In this document: positions 47,563-57,049 of the stretch, in pieces
Layout of the letters: each line of letters starts with the position of its first letter
Numbering within the stretch: position 1 is the first letter of the stretch
Source of the DNA: Guillardia theta CCMP2712
Taxonomy: Eukaryota; Protista; Cryptophyta
Reading direction: 5' to 3'
Length of the DNA: 57,455 nt
NCBI RefSeq assembly: GCF_000315625.1
Contig: NW_005434609.1
Span: forward strand, 419,503 to 476,957
Position numbers and translations under genes: made by a program
Notes under the pieces: model-generated
The model's database searches: none
The model's input: only the letters and a program-made list of their open reading frames with translations
What the model was told of the DNA's origin: nothing

Positions 47563-49977
47563 ATGTCAGGACCAAATCTATCAAATTCGTCATCCCCACC
47601 TTTGCAAGGAAGTTCCTGCAGACGAAGCAAGCAAACCATTACCCTGGATGATCATCGGAGGAATTGCTCACCTGGGAGTCTCTGGCAAGTCGAGCGGGCT
47701 TCCTCTATAAACAAGGAAAATGGCAGGGACAACCTAATGTCAATGCTTGCCTGAAGGCCATAGGTTTGAAAAGAGATCATTTGTAAAATGCAAATCTTTG
47801 TAACACCTGGGATGCAGGTAGATCTCCTGAGTTGTTGCTTCGAATCTTACAAGAGTCTGAGGAGCAGAGAGGTTTTAGTCATCATGTGGATGAAGCCAAA
47901 CGCGAAGGGATTATTTCCCCTCACTCCGATGAACCAATTCCGGCTTGTTACGATGCTATCAAAGATCCAAAAGTGAAAACAGCGATTCTGAAGAAGATCC
48001 AGGGTGACACTGATGAGGCCCCCTTCTAGATGTGGTCACGAAGAAGGTAGATCGGCACTTTGCGTCACACAAGGCCAATTGTCGAGTGAAATGGGGACAT
48101 TTTGCTGATCTATTTCACCACAAGTGTGAGGATGACTCTGGACAGGAAGCGGCCGAGGGGCCTCGAAAGCAGAAGAAGTGCAAAACTTCGAAATACGATA
48201 GCCTTACGTTCTTTGAAGGCATTCTGAGCAGTCAAGCCTTCAAGACAGTCATAAAAAATGAACTTGCCACGAATAAGGAGCTTCAAAACTGCCTGAAACC
48301 TGCGGTCAGGCAAATGATGCCGAGCGCGCGAGAGGCAGCAGTTGCCCTGACAGCAAACGGTATAACGAAATCGCAGTACCAAGGATTCTGTCGTGCAAAC
48401 GATAGCATGGCTGGCTGCTTTATTCCCATGCCAAAAATATCACGGGTTACTACTTCGGAGTGGAAGAGAAGCATGCGTTGTGCCAAAGATTCAAACTGTT
48501 CTGTTTGCCAGATGGAACACATTGCCTCGGCCTTCTTCAACTTGTCGAAGAGTGGATTGATATCTTCAAACTTCACGGGAAGCATCGCCTTGTTATCACG
48601 ATCAACTATGACTGTGCAACAATGACATTCTCGGCTGGCAATCCTAAGAAGGCAACTGAAGTCACCATTTCCATTTTCCCTTACGGCGTAGACTGTTCGA
48701 GGAAAGAATGGAAATTCTGGCAAAAACTCGTTAGAAGTTCATCGTGCCTTATGACGATGTCCTACATTCCATATGGAGACAGTCCTGAGGTTTTTCAGAG
48801 GACTGTGAGAGCTGGATATGATGAAGTTATTGATCTCTTGAAGGAGAAAGGTATTCACATCTACAACAATCAAGCAGTCGGGGGACTTGAAAAGACATTA
48901 GCAGGTGGTCAGCCTGACAAGATTATCCAAGTGGAGTTCGTCAAGAGATCTGATTTGCAAGGGCAATGGAATATGTACGGCATTGGTGGAATGACCGACA
49001 AGGAGGGCAAGTTCTGTCTCCACTGTAACGAACTCCTCAAAGATCACAAGGCTGGGAAATATTTCGAAATCGAAACAATCGTTTCCAACGAAACTCTGTC
49101 CCAAGTTTGTGAAAGACTGGACATGTCTACGGAGGGCATCAAGTTGTTAAACAGAATGTTGAAAAGTCCCGATGCTTTCGAACGAATGTTCGACACCTCG
49201 GAAGGAGAATTCCAAGAGTTATTAGCTGAAGAAAATCAGACTCGACTCCAAAATTATCTGCAAGACCCAGAGTTGATCATGGAGATGGGAACAAAGATCC
49301 CAGTGATTCGTTTGATCGAAATGGACAGATGCAGCGGCGAAGCAGCTTGTTGCTCGTTTCATGCTTTCATAAGAACGACGAACATGATTATTGGATGCCT
49401 TCAAGAGAAAGCGGCGCAGATGAGAAAGGTCGCGACAGTCAATTTTCAATTACAAGAGCAAGGAGTGAATGTCCAATTCACCGAGAAGTCTCATAGCAGG
49501 AAGCTGAACGGTGAACAATGCGACAGATTCGTCAAAAAGGCATCAGTCGTCATCAATACCCTTTACAGCGATCCTGCCTATGCAGATGACAGAGAACGAT
49601 GGATAGGCGTAATGGAAGAATGGGACCTCTTAAGCACCATGCTGAAGTGTCAAGAACTTGACAAACTTGAAAACCTGGATTTTCAAATCGGTTTAACCCT
49701 TCCTGTGAGGCTACGAACGCTTATGCTGAATATTATCGACCTGGTTGGAGATCCTAGTTTGATGCAGTCATTCTACTTCCACTCGCTCCTTGTTGGGCAC
49801 ATTGGCCAACAATTCTACGACCGTTTGGTACAATATGGGATCCCTCTTGGATTACTGAACATCAGTAACGTCGAAAATCGCCACAGACATTTTGGAAGAC
49901 CTTCGTATTTGCAAGTCCAACCAGAGGTAAATGCATTCGTCTCAAAAAAAAAAAACGTCGAAGGGTTTAGGGTTTAG
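47563..49977 (+). mobile_element. RAG1/Transib-like DDE transposase; N-terminal part frameshifted (possible pseudogene)
   Basis: AVALTANGITKSQYQGF (RAG1 LAIRVNTFLSCSQYHKM); ITINYD, D at 48610 (~D600); VKRSD, D at 48952 (~D708); FCLHC; FHAFIR; KLNGEQCDRF (RAG1 RMNGNFARKL); FYFHSLLVGH; LGLLNISNVEN, E at 49873 (~E962). Confidence 0.8.
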
Positions 49978-49982
49978 GGTTT
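49944..49982 (+). repeat. A12 tract followed by (AGGGTTT)3 telomere-type repeat
   Basis: AAAAAAAAAAAA-CGTCGA-AGGGTTTAGGGTTTAGGGTTT; this tract supplies the TAG that ends the transposase ORF. Confidence 0.9.
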
Positions 49983-52203
49983 GCCAGGTGTAGGGGAAGC
50001 CGCCAGGGCGCCAAGGAAGCTGCAAGCGAGAGGTTTGTATACTTCAAATAGCTTTCTAAGTATGGTTCTTCAGTATGATGAAAATGTTCGCAACCTGCTG
50101 TATCGGAGATCATGCCAATACACGCAGAGCGGACTTGTGGATGCCTCTGTCCTCGAAGCTGATCTCGTCGAGAGGGTGAAGAGCTTCGCGAAGCGTTATC
50201 CTAACAGCAGGACAGCCCAGGCTTGCAAGGCTGTGGAGGGATGCACCCCCGACGCTATCGCAGAAGCCATCCGCTCGACATGTCAGCAGGCACGACGTAA
50301 GCTTCTACAAGAAGCAATGACTGGATGGAGTGACGCATCCAGAGAGTGGTTTATGCAGCAGATTGAAGAAGCCAAGAAGGAGAAGGTCGAGACATACACC
50401 GCCTCAGCAGGCAACGAGGTGACTTCCTTCATCTCCATGACTCTCCTGGGCATCTCCTCGGTGTATGTCAACCATGAAGAGAAGCTGAAGAAGAAATTCG
50501 AAGAGATCGGACTGGTCGTAGACTCAGTGCAAGAGAGTAAAGCAATCATGTGGAAGGCTCCGTATAGACCCGAGATAGCGAGTGCTGGAGAGATCCCGGT
50601 GACTGTTTCCTTCCTCCGCAATGCACAAGCGGAGAAGCTCTGGCAGGGAAGAGAGGACTTCGCGATCGATGGTCGCAAGTTCACAGCTGTACATGTGAGC
50701 ATCGTGCACGATCGATCTTTCAAGATTCGAGCCAAGAGAGGACCCTGGGGCAAAGGGGGCAGCTTGGCAGAGCTGACCCACCTGCTAACCTTGGGCGGCA
50801 TGACAACGGCTGAGATAGCTGCCGTCTATCGCTATCAGCTGCTGCGCCAGTCCCTTGCAGCGGTCCAACTCCAGCCGCTGGCAGGCATGCTGGTCGCTGG
50901 GGCGCCAGGACAGCAAGTCCACAAAGGCTTAGGTCAGAAAGGCTTCGTCGCTGTAGGGGCCAACGTCATCTGGAGACAGAGGGAGGTGGAGTGGATCGTC
51001 TCCTCGAGCTACCCAGAGGCGAATGATACAGCATTTCGAGCTTTCCGAGAGAGCGAAGCGATGGAGGGAGTACACCTGACTCTGTTCAGCGAGGACCCGA
51101 AGATCAGAGAGGCGCTCGCAGTCGAGTTGACAGCTGATCGCTTTGTGTCCAGAAATAAGTTGAAGAAGGCATCAAGGATGCAGAAGAAGGCAGGCGGCAA
51201 GGACGGCAAGGAGATCAAGATCATCATCAAGTCGACGGCGGCATCTGGTCGCTTCACGAGGAAGGAGATGGAGGGGCTGTGCAACGGCGGCAACACGTCC
51301 ATCGCAAGAGTCAAGAGAGTCTTGTTGGAGATCGCTAACAGGCTCGAGATCAAAGTTGAAGGCATCGACATGGAGGAGGATTTGAACACCAAGTCCTGGA
51401 ACGGGTCCAAGCTATGCATCCTCCTCGGCTCCACGGAGGATGCTCGACGCATGATGAAGGAGCAGCCCTTCTATCTCGAAGGCGCAGCAACCAAGCTCGA
51501 AGCAGTCGGCTTCGACAAGGAGCCTGAGGCGGCTGGTCAGCGGGGCACCAGCGACGCAGCGCAGCGACAGGAGGAGAGCGAGGGAGAGTGGCTGGAGTTT
51601 ACAGACCTGGAGAGGATCACAATGGAGGCAGCATCTCCGTCAAGCCAAGAGGACATGCAGCTTGTCAGCGAGCTGTCAGCAGTCATCGAAGATGCAGCTT
51701 CTTTGAACGAGGCGGGGACGAGCGAGCCAATCAAGCTGGTCCTGGACAAGGCCGTTGGCAACCTCCACGACACCTTCTACTCTCCGGGGAGCCTGGAGTT
51801 CATGTCGCTGGGAGAGTGGGCGAAGACGCCAGAGGAGCAGGGAGTGGGACGCAACGTTCTCAAGGAGAAGCTGGGGGAGTGGCTGCAGAGCAAGCGCTGG
51901 ACTCGCGTGCAAGGAGAGAGCAAGAAGGCAAGGAGGGGCAGCGCGTTCTCGCCACGGGCAACGGCAGCTGCTGAGCTTGAGCAGGAGGCGGAGAGCGACG
52001 ACATAGAGCGTCGATCTCTTAGCTTCCTGTTCATAGCACTGAGTAAATTCGCAGAGATGCATGTGCTGGCCTGCTCGCTGAAGGTGGACAAGAAGGACCG
52101 ACTGCGGGTGGAGATGAGGGAAGATGACGAAGAAGAGGAAGACATGGAGGAAGAGCAAGGCGAGGGCGAGGAAGAAGACGGGGCGAGCCCGTACCGAGCT
52201 TGA
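49981..52203 (+). CDS. Intronless 740-aa ORF, same frame as the transposase; RRM-like segments and acidic tail (possible gag/ORF1-like protein)
   Basis: Long intron-free ORF in an intron-rich genome, with no ATG for the first ~27 codons. Beta-alpha-beta-beta-alpha-beta-like patterns (MTLLGIS...EKLKKKFEEIG...VTVSF...AEKL...AIDGRKF; KLCILLGSTEDARRM...FYLEG). A partial second copy lies at 46.7 kb. Confidence 0.6.
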   Translation: MPGVGEAARAPRKLQARGLYTSNSFLSMVLQYDENVRNLLYRRSCQYTQSGLVDASVLEADLVERVKSFAKRYPNSRTAQACKAVEGCTPDAIAEAIRSTCQQARRKLLQEAMTGWSDASREWFMQQIEEAKKEKVETYTASAGNEVTSFISMTLLGISSVYVNHEEKLKKKFEEIGLVVDSVQESKAIMWKAPYRPEIASAGEIPVTVSFLRNAQAEKLWQGREDFAIDGRKFTAVHVSIVHDRSFKIRAKRGPWGKGGSLAELTHLLTLGGMTTAEIAAVYRYQLLRQSLAAVQLQPLAGMLVAGAPGQQVHKGLGQKGFVAVGANVIWRQREVEWIVSSSYPEANDTAFRAFRESEAMEGVHLTLFSEDPKIREALAVELTADRFVSRNKLKKASRMQKKAGGKDGKEIKIIIKSTAASGRFTRKEMEGLCNGGNTSIARVKRVLLEIANRLEIKVEGIDMEEDLNTKSWNGSKLCILLGSTEDARRMMKEQPFYLEGAATKLEAVGFDKEPEAAGQRGTSDAAQRQEESEGEWLEFTDLERITMEAASPSSQEDMQLVSELSAVIEDAASLNEAGTSEPIKLVLDKAVGNLHDTFYSPGSLEFMSLGEWAKTPEEQGVGRNVLKEKLGEWLQSKRWTRVQGESKKARRGSAFSPRATAAAELEQEAESDDIERRSLSFLFIALSKFAEMHVLACSLKVDKKDRLRVEMREDDEEEEDMEEEQGEGEEEDGASPYRA

Positions 52204-52227
52204 GCTGAGCTCAAGGTAAGGAGAGAA

Positions 52228-52518
52228 GGTAGGAGGCGACCGAAGGCCAAGGTGAGGAGAGGCAACTCTCCTGACTGAGGCTGAGGAAGCTGAATGGAGG
52301 AGGAGTAGGTGGCGACCGAAGGCCAAGGTGAGGAAAGGCAACCCTCCTGACTGAGGCTGAGGAAGCTGAATGGAGGACGAGTAGGTGGCGACCGAAGGCC
52401 AAGGTGAGGAGAGGCAACTCTTCTGACTGAGGCTGAGGAAGCTGAATGGAGGTAGAGTAGGTGGTGACCGAAGGCCAAGGTGAGGAGAGGCAACTCTCCT
52501 GACTGAGGCTGAGGAAGC
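52228..52518 (+). repeat. 76-bp tandem repeat x~3.8
   Basis: YGACCGAAGGCCAAGGTGAGG recurs at 52237, 52313, 52389 and 52465. Confidence 0.95.
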
Positions 52519-52609
52519 CAAGAGAAGACAGCAGAAGTAGAGAGTAGAAAGACGCCTCAGAAGCAGGGTTCGCATTATAGGCCGTGTACTCCCAATGCTC
52601 GCGCGCCTC

Positions 52610-52671
52610 TTTAGGGTTTAGGGTTTAGGGTTTAGGGTTTAGGGTTTAGGGTTTAGGGTTTAGGGTTTTAG
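52610..52671 (+). repeat. Interstitial telomeric repeat (TTTAGGG)8 + TTTTAG
   Basis: Eight perfect Arabidopsis-type units directly visible. Confidence 0.97.
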
Positions 52672-52932
52672 ACTAACTTGCCAACTTCCTCTCGGCATGC
52701 TGGTGGCAGCGCCCGCAGCACTTCGTTCGAAATGAGGTCAAGTCCTGCAGCCTTTCGTCTCGGCGCCGAGGCGAGCCAGACATCAATCTCTCCCGGTGCC
52801 AGGGGTCTGGTGATTTCCTGTTGTTGTCTCCTTGAAAGCTGCACCCCCTCAGGCGGTGTGATCCGTCTTGGGGCCACGGTTGTGAACGACTTACATTTTG
52901 TGCAGTACGGGGTAATCCCTCCCCCTCCGATG

Positions 52933-55900
52933 GTTGGTAAGTTAGTCAATGCAGCCCTAGAAGGCAAAGCTGAGGTTCTCAACAAGACAGCGAGAGTACG
53001 CCTCCTGCCAAAAAATCAATTCTGTCACATTCTCGAAAACATGCGGCCAATATGCGTCATGTCAACGCTTACTCGACTAGTTCAGGCAATCCTGGCGCAT
53101 CGTCTGAGTAAGACAGTAGAAGCAAATAACGTCCTCACAAACTTCCAGGAGGGGTTCCGTCCAGGCAGAAGCACAAGTCGGCAGGCTCATCGACTGATCT
53201 CGATCGTAGAAGAAGCAGAAGAGGCCAAAACGTCCCTCATTCTCTTGTACCTGGACTTTGCGAACTTCTTTAACAATGTGGCGATCGAGGTGGTCGAGCA
53301 GGCAATGAACAGCCTAGGCTTCCATCCTGAAGACATTAGAACTGTGATAGCCTGCAACAGTGGAGTCGAACTGCAAATACAAACAAACGAGTTCAACACA
53401 GGGAAAATACCTCTAATGATCGGGCTGCCACAAGGTGGAGCAAGTAGCCCACAACTGGCCAACTTGGTGCTATGCATCCTCTCTAGGCAATTGGACAAGT
53501 GCAGCACAGGAACAACAAACAACCTGTCCTTCGCCGATGACATGGTACTCATCGCACACACGATGAAAGAAATGCGAGAGTTGGTAGCAGTGGTGGATTC
53601 CTTCTGCAAATGGTCAGGACTGCAAATCAACAATAAGAAATCAGAGATAACCAGCTTCGACTATGCTCGCAAGGGAGAGGTTCCTGGTGCGAACAAAATA
53701 ACGGTCATGGGGGAACCTGTCGAAGCCCTACCGGCTACTAAACCGTTCAAATATCTCGGCTATCGCATCTCTCTGTGGAAGGAAGAAAGACGAAGAATAA
53801 AGGGCTGCCCTTTCACTTGGGGAGAACGAGCATACGTCTTTGAAAAAACCAAAGAACTGATCAACAATATCAGCTCGTCGAGTTATACTCCTGCGCAAAA
53901 ATTTTACCTGGTGAAAGTTGGAATTCTCAACGTCTTTCGCTACTCCGCAGTCATGACTGGATGGACTTGGCGAGACCTACAAGAATTAGATCAACTGTGG
54001 ATACGAGCTTTTAAAAAAGCGTTAGGCCTAAGCAAAAGTACAGGGAATGGTATATTCTACCTGCCAACAGAGAATGGAGGGCTGCAGGTCCCTCATCCTG
54101 CCCCAATCCTAGGGAGAGCAGCGTTACGATACATCGAACGAGAAGTGAATAGTAAGCATGGTGGAGACATCCAAGATAGACTGATATCTAAACTCAGAAA
54201 CTCGTGCGTAAAATGGGGGTGTCAAACAATGCTCGAGCTCCAAAGAGAAATGAATTTTCGAACTATGGAGCGGGATGTGGTGCGGGGACCCGAAGCTTTA
54301 GCAGTCTGGCTGACGGAAAAACTAAACACGAGGATCAGCTGGGCCCATATAGAAGCAGGTCACCTACCTGGAAGCATCTCCCTCCTTCATAGGATGGAGG
54401 ATATGGTGGCAAACTTGAACGACTGTAACAGACCACAAGGCTGGACGACCTTCCAAGCCTTATGGAGGCAACTCCCGAAACTCCAATTCTCCTTGCTACG
54501 CAATGTACGACCTATCGCGGACGAAGAACTGCATTTGCCAAGGAAGCTCTGGCCTTTCCCAAGGCAACGCGAGGAGGCGGAGGGGATCGTAATGCAATTG
54601 CTACAAGAAAATGTCATCTGGGTAAGCAGCGTCAACAGAGCATCGGGAACAAAGAGGAAAAGACGAGAGGTTGTCACACAGGATAGTGCTACAACCCGAA
54701 AACGAAAGTCACACCCGCAATCAGAGGAGGACCGGGAGGAGACATCCAAAAAGCATCGGGAAGCAGCAGAAGAGAGAAGGCCACACCCAGCTCATGCAAA
54801 CACAAGATCCCTCATGGCTAAATTACTAGGCAATCTGGATCAACAGGAACACCTTATCCTAAAAGGTAAGGAAAGTTTCAAAATCAAGGGCGACATAGCA
54901 ATCATGGACCGGCCCAGAAGTCACACGGGCCAAGAACAAGACATCAAAGAAGCCGAACCTTCCCTTCGCTCGGCGCCATTTGCGAGGAAAGAAGATGAAG
55001 ATGGCGCCAAGAACCCAGAGAAGACAGAGATCCTACTGCAAATTGCTAAGCATATCAGCAAAAAACACAACAGCTTACTCAACTCGCAAGCTTGGTGGGA
55101 ACATCTAACCACCGCCATGGCTGAAATTCGAGATAGACAACAAGGCCTTCCGCTGTCGTACGAATTTCTAGAACACTTGGGGATGCTCGCTGAAACAAAA
55201 CAGTTCAGCAACTGGCCCACCCTCTATCACCCGACAATCCAGGCCGCAACAGACAGCTTGCAGGACGACGAGGTTCGACGTGAAATAATATGGATCGACC
55301 AACAGGAGCAATACCTCAGCCACGCCGCATGCGAGTCCGGAACAATCATGATCGGATGGAACCAAACTTGCTTCAGGAAAGAAATCCCTGACGGCTTCAT
55401 GCTAGTCGGTAAGGTACCTAAAGGATCAGAAATATGTTACGCTGCAAATTTCTGGAGGACGGGCGATCGGAGCCTCAGGAAGTCACAAGACGACCTGATT
55501 GTCTACTGCAAAGAGTCGGAACAAGAGAGAATAATTGTCCAACTCACAGTACACCTGATCCCTGAACGGGAGGAGCTACAAGAATACCGAAGGAAGCAAA
55601 ACGAAAACTATCAAGCCTCGGCCAAACAGGAGAAGAACAGGAACCACGTGTGGTCCGCAATCCACGGCGACATATCACGAAACAGGAAGGGTCGATCAAT
55701 GTCGATAGGATACAGCACGCAAGAAAAGGAAGGAGAGCAGGAACGCGGAGCGATCAAGATACACGGAAAATGTAGCGTCATCAGAGCACATACCATCGCA
55801 CTCTGCATACTCCTACAAGCGATTTGGGAACAAAGAGGCAAACAGAAAACAATCAGGAAAATCTTCGTCCTCTTTAAATCAACCCGAATGCATCGCTTTC

Positions 55901-57018
55901 TTACGGACACCCTCAGATGGTCTACCATGCAGTATGAAGACGAGCTCGTATACGACTTGGCAGGAAGACTGCAGGAATGCCTGAGCAAATTTCAGCGGGA
56001 AGGCATTGAGATCAACCTCTCTCTGATCGCAGACCACACCGTAGTGCAAGAAGCTGCAGAGGAAGCTCGCAAGGGAAAATCCTCCTTCTCCTCCACGTGG
56101 GAAAGGGCCCTCATCGACAGCGACTTGGGATTCTGCATTGCAGACGAAGAGAACTTCAAGCCGGGGATGGATCGACTGAAAATATGGGATAAGATAATCA
56201 GAGAAGAACAACTGGAACTGAGGAGGAAAGAAGCCCCCCTTACCTTGACGGAAACCTTTCTCCTGGAACCACAAGTGGGCAGAAGGATCCTAGGTCGAGC
56301 CTTACAGAGGTGTCGAGGATCAGTACTTCGGACAGCCATCCAAGCTATTACCTGGTCAGCACCTACGAGGAAAAAGCTGTTCCAGTGGAAGAAGACGACA
56401 TCCCCCTGTTGCCCATGGTGCGAAGGCAGGGAAGAAAGCTGGGTGCATATCCAGCTAGCCTGCAAAGAATTTGAGCTCATGATCGCTTTGGCACACAACA
56501 GAGTAATGGAGACAATCAAGGGATGCCTGACAGAAAGCTGGAAGAAGAAAAGTGTTGAACAGGAGAGTTGGTGGCAAACGCCAATCAACTCTATGACAGG
56601 GCTAGGACTGACTGCACCAGAGCACGGCAATCTTATACCAGATGGGCTCTGCTACTTCAGAGGGAGCAATCGCATTGTGCTGGTGGAGATAGCAAGAACT
56701 TCAGAGTTCACGGGCGAGGGAAGCAGTCTGGCAAACCTGAAAGCAAAGTTTCAGGAGAAAGAACAGAAATATGCAGCACTGCGGGCAGAGATGACAAGTA
56801 GGAGCGACAACACAGAGGTCATACAAGCCACGTTCATTGCAGGAGTGAGAGGCAGTATTATGGAGCGGGAATGGACCACAAATTTCCGGAACTTGCTCAT
56901 GGACGAGGATATGATTGACAGAGCCATGACCAAGATAGTCATCCAGCTGCTCGAAGTGCAACACATGCTGTGGACCTCAAGGAGACGAGGAGACACGACC
57001 AACAGAGAACAAGCATGA
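52933..57018 (+). CDS. Reverse transcriptase - unknown domain - degenerate RNase H - CCHC - RLE polyprotein (true sense portion of ORF 52678-57018)
   Basis: NMRPICVMS, QEGFRPGRS, LYLDFANFFNNV, GLPQGGASSP, LSFADD, GLQINNKKS, FKYLG, LPTENGGL; CPWC..EESWVHIQLAC; AHNRV; IPDGL..VLVEIAR; EKEQKY. Confidence 0.93.
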   Translation, partial: VGKLVNAALEGKAEVLNKTARVRLLPKNQFCHILENMRPICVMSTLTRLVQAILAHRLSKTVEANNVLTNFQEGFRPGRSTSRQAHRLISIVEEAEEAKTSLILLYLDFANFFNNVAIEVVEQAMNSLGFHPEDIRTVIACNSGVELQIQTNEFNTGKIPLMIGLPQGGASSPQLANLVLCILSRQLDKCSTGTTNNLSFADDMVLIAHTMKEMRELVAVVDSFCKWSGLQINNKKSEITSFDYARKGEVPGANKITVMGEPVEALPATKPFKYLGYRISLWKEERRRIKGCPFTWGERAYVFEKTKELINNISSSSYTPAQKFYLVKVGILNVFRYSAVMTGWTWRDLQELDQLWIRAFKKALGLSKSTGNGIFYLPTENGGLQVPHPAPILGRAALRYIEREVNSKHGGDIQDRLISKLRNSCVKWGCQTMLELQREMNFRTMERDVVRGPEALAVWLTEKLNTRISWAHIEAGHLPGSISLLHRMEDMVANLNDCNRPQGWTTFQALWRQLPKLQFSLLRNVRPIADEELHLPRKLWPFPRQREEAEGIVMQLLQENVIWVSSVNRASGTKRKRREVVTQDSATTRKRKSHPQSEEDREETSKKHREAAEERRPHPAHANTRSLMAKLLGNLDQQEHLILKGKESFKIKGDIAIMDRPRSHTGQEQDIKEAEPSLRSAPFARKEDEDGAKNPEKTEILLQIAKHISKKHNSLLNSQAWWEHLTTAMAEIRDRQQGLPLSYEFLEHLGMLAETKQFSNWPTLYHPTIQAATDSLQDDEVRREIIWIDQQEQYLSHAACESGTIMIGWNQTCFRKEIPDGFMLVGKVPKGSEICYAANFWRTGDRSLRKSQDDLIVYCKESEQERIIVQLTVHLIPEREELQEYRRKQNENYQASAKQEKNRNHVWSAIHGDISRNRKGRSMSIGYSTQEKEGEQERGAIKIHGKCSVIRAHTIALCILLQAIWEQRGKQKTIRKIFVLFKSTRMHRFLTDTLRWSTMQYEDELVYDLAGRLQECLSKFQREGIEINLSLIADHTVVQEAAEEARKGKSSFSSTWERALIDSDLGFCIADEENFKPGMDRLKIWDKIIREEQLELRRKEAPLTLTETFLLEPQVGRRILGRALQRCRGSVLRTAIQAITWSAPTRKKLFQWKKTTSPCCPWCEGREESWVHIQLACKEFELMIALAHNRVMETIKGCLTESWKKKSVEQESWWQTPINSMTGLGLTAPEHGNLIPDGLCYFRGSNRIVLVEIARTSEFTGEGSSLANLKAKFQEKEQKYAALRAEMTSRSDNTEVIQATFIAGVRGSIMEREWTTNFRNLLMDEDMIDRAMTKIVIQLLEVQHMLWTSRRRGDTTNREQA

Positions 57019-57049
57019 AGGATATAAGATGGTTGGAAGATGAAGGGGT

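Noticed and set aside
51676-52575. Convergent minus-strand ORFs as RAG2-like
   Set aside because: They derive from the 76-bp repeats and from antisense of the 740-aa ORF; no kelch signature.
52610-52671. True chromosome end
   Set aside because: Only eight units, followed by at least 4.8 kb of element sequence, so it is interstitial or subtelomeric here.
52678-57018. RT as telomerase, Penelope-like, or group II intron/retron type
   Set aside because: Domain 0/2a, the GGL thumb, CCHC and PD..E/KxxKY endonuclease are diagnostic of RLE non-LTR elements.
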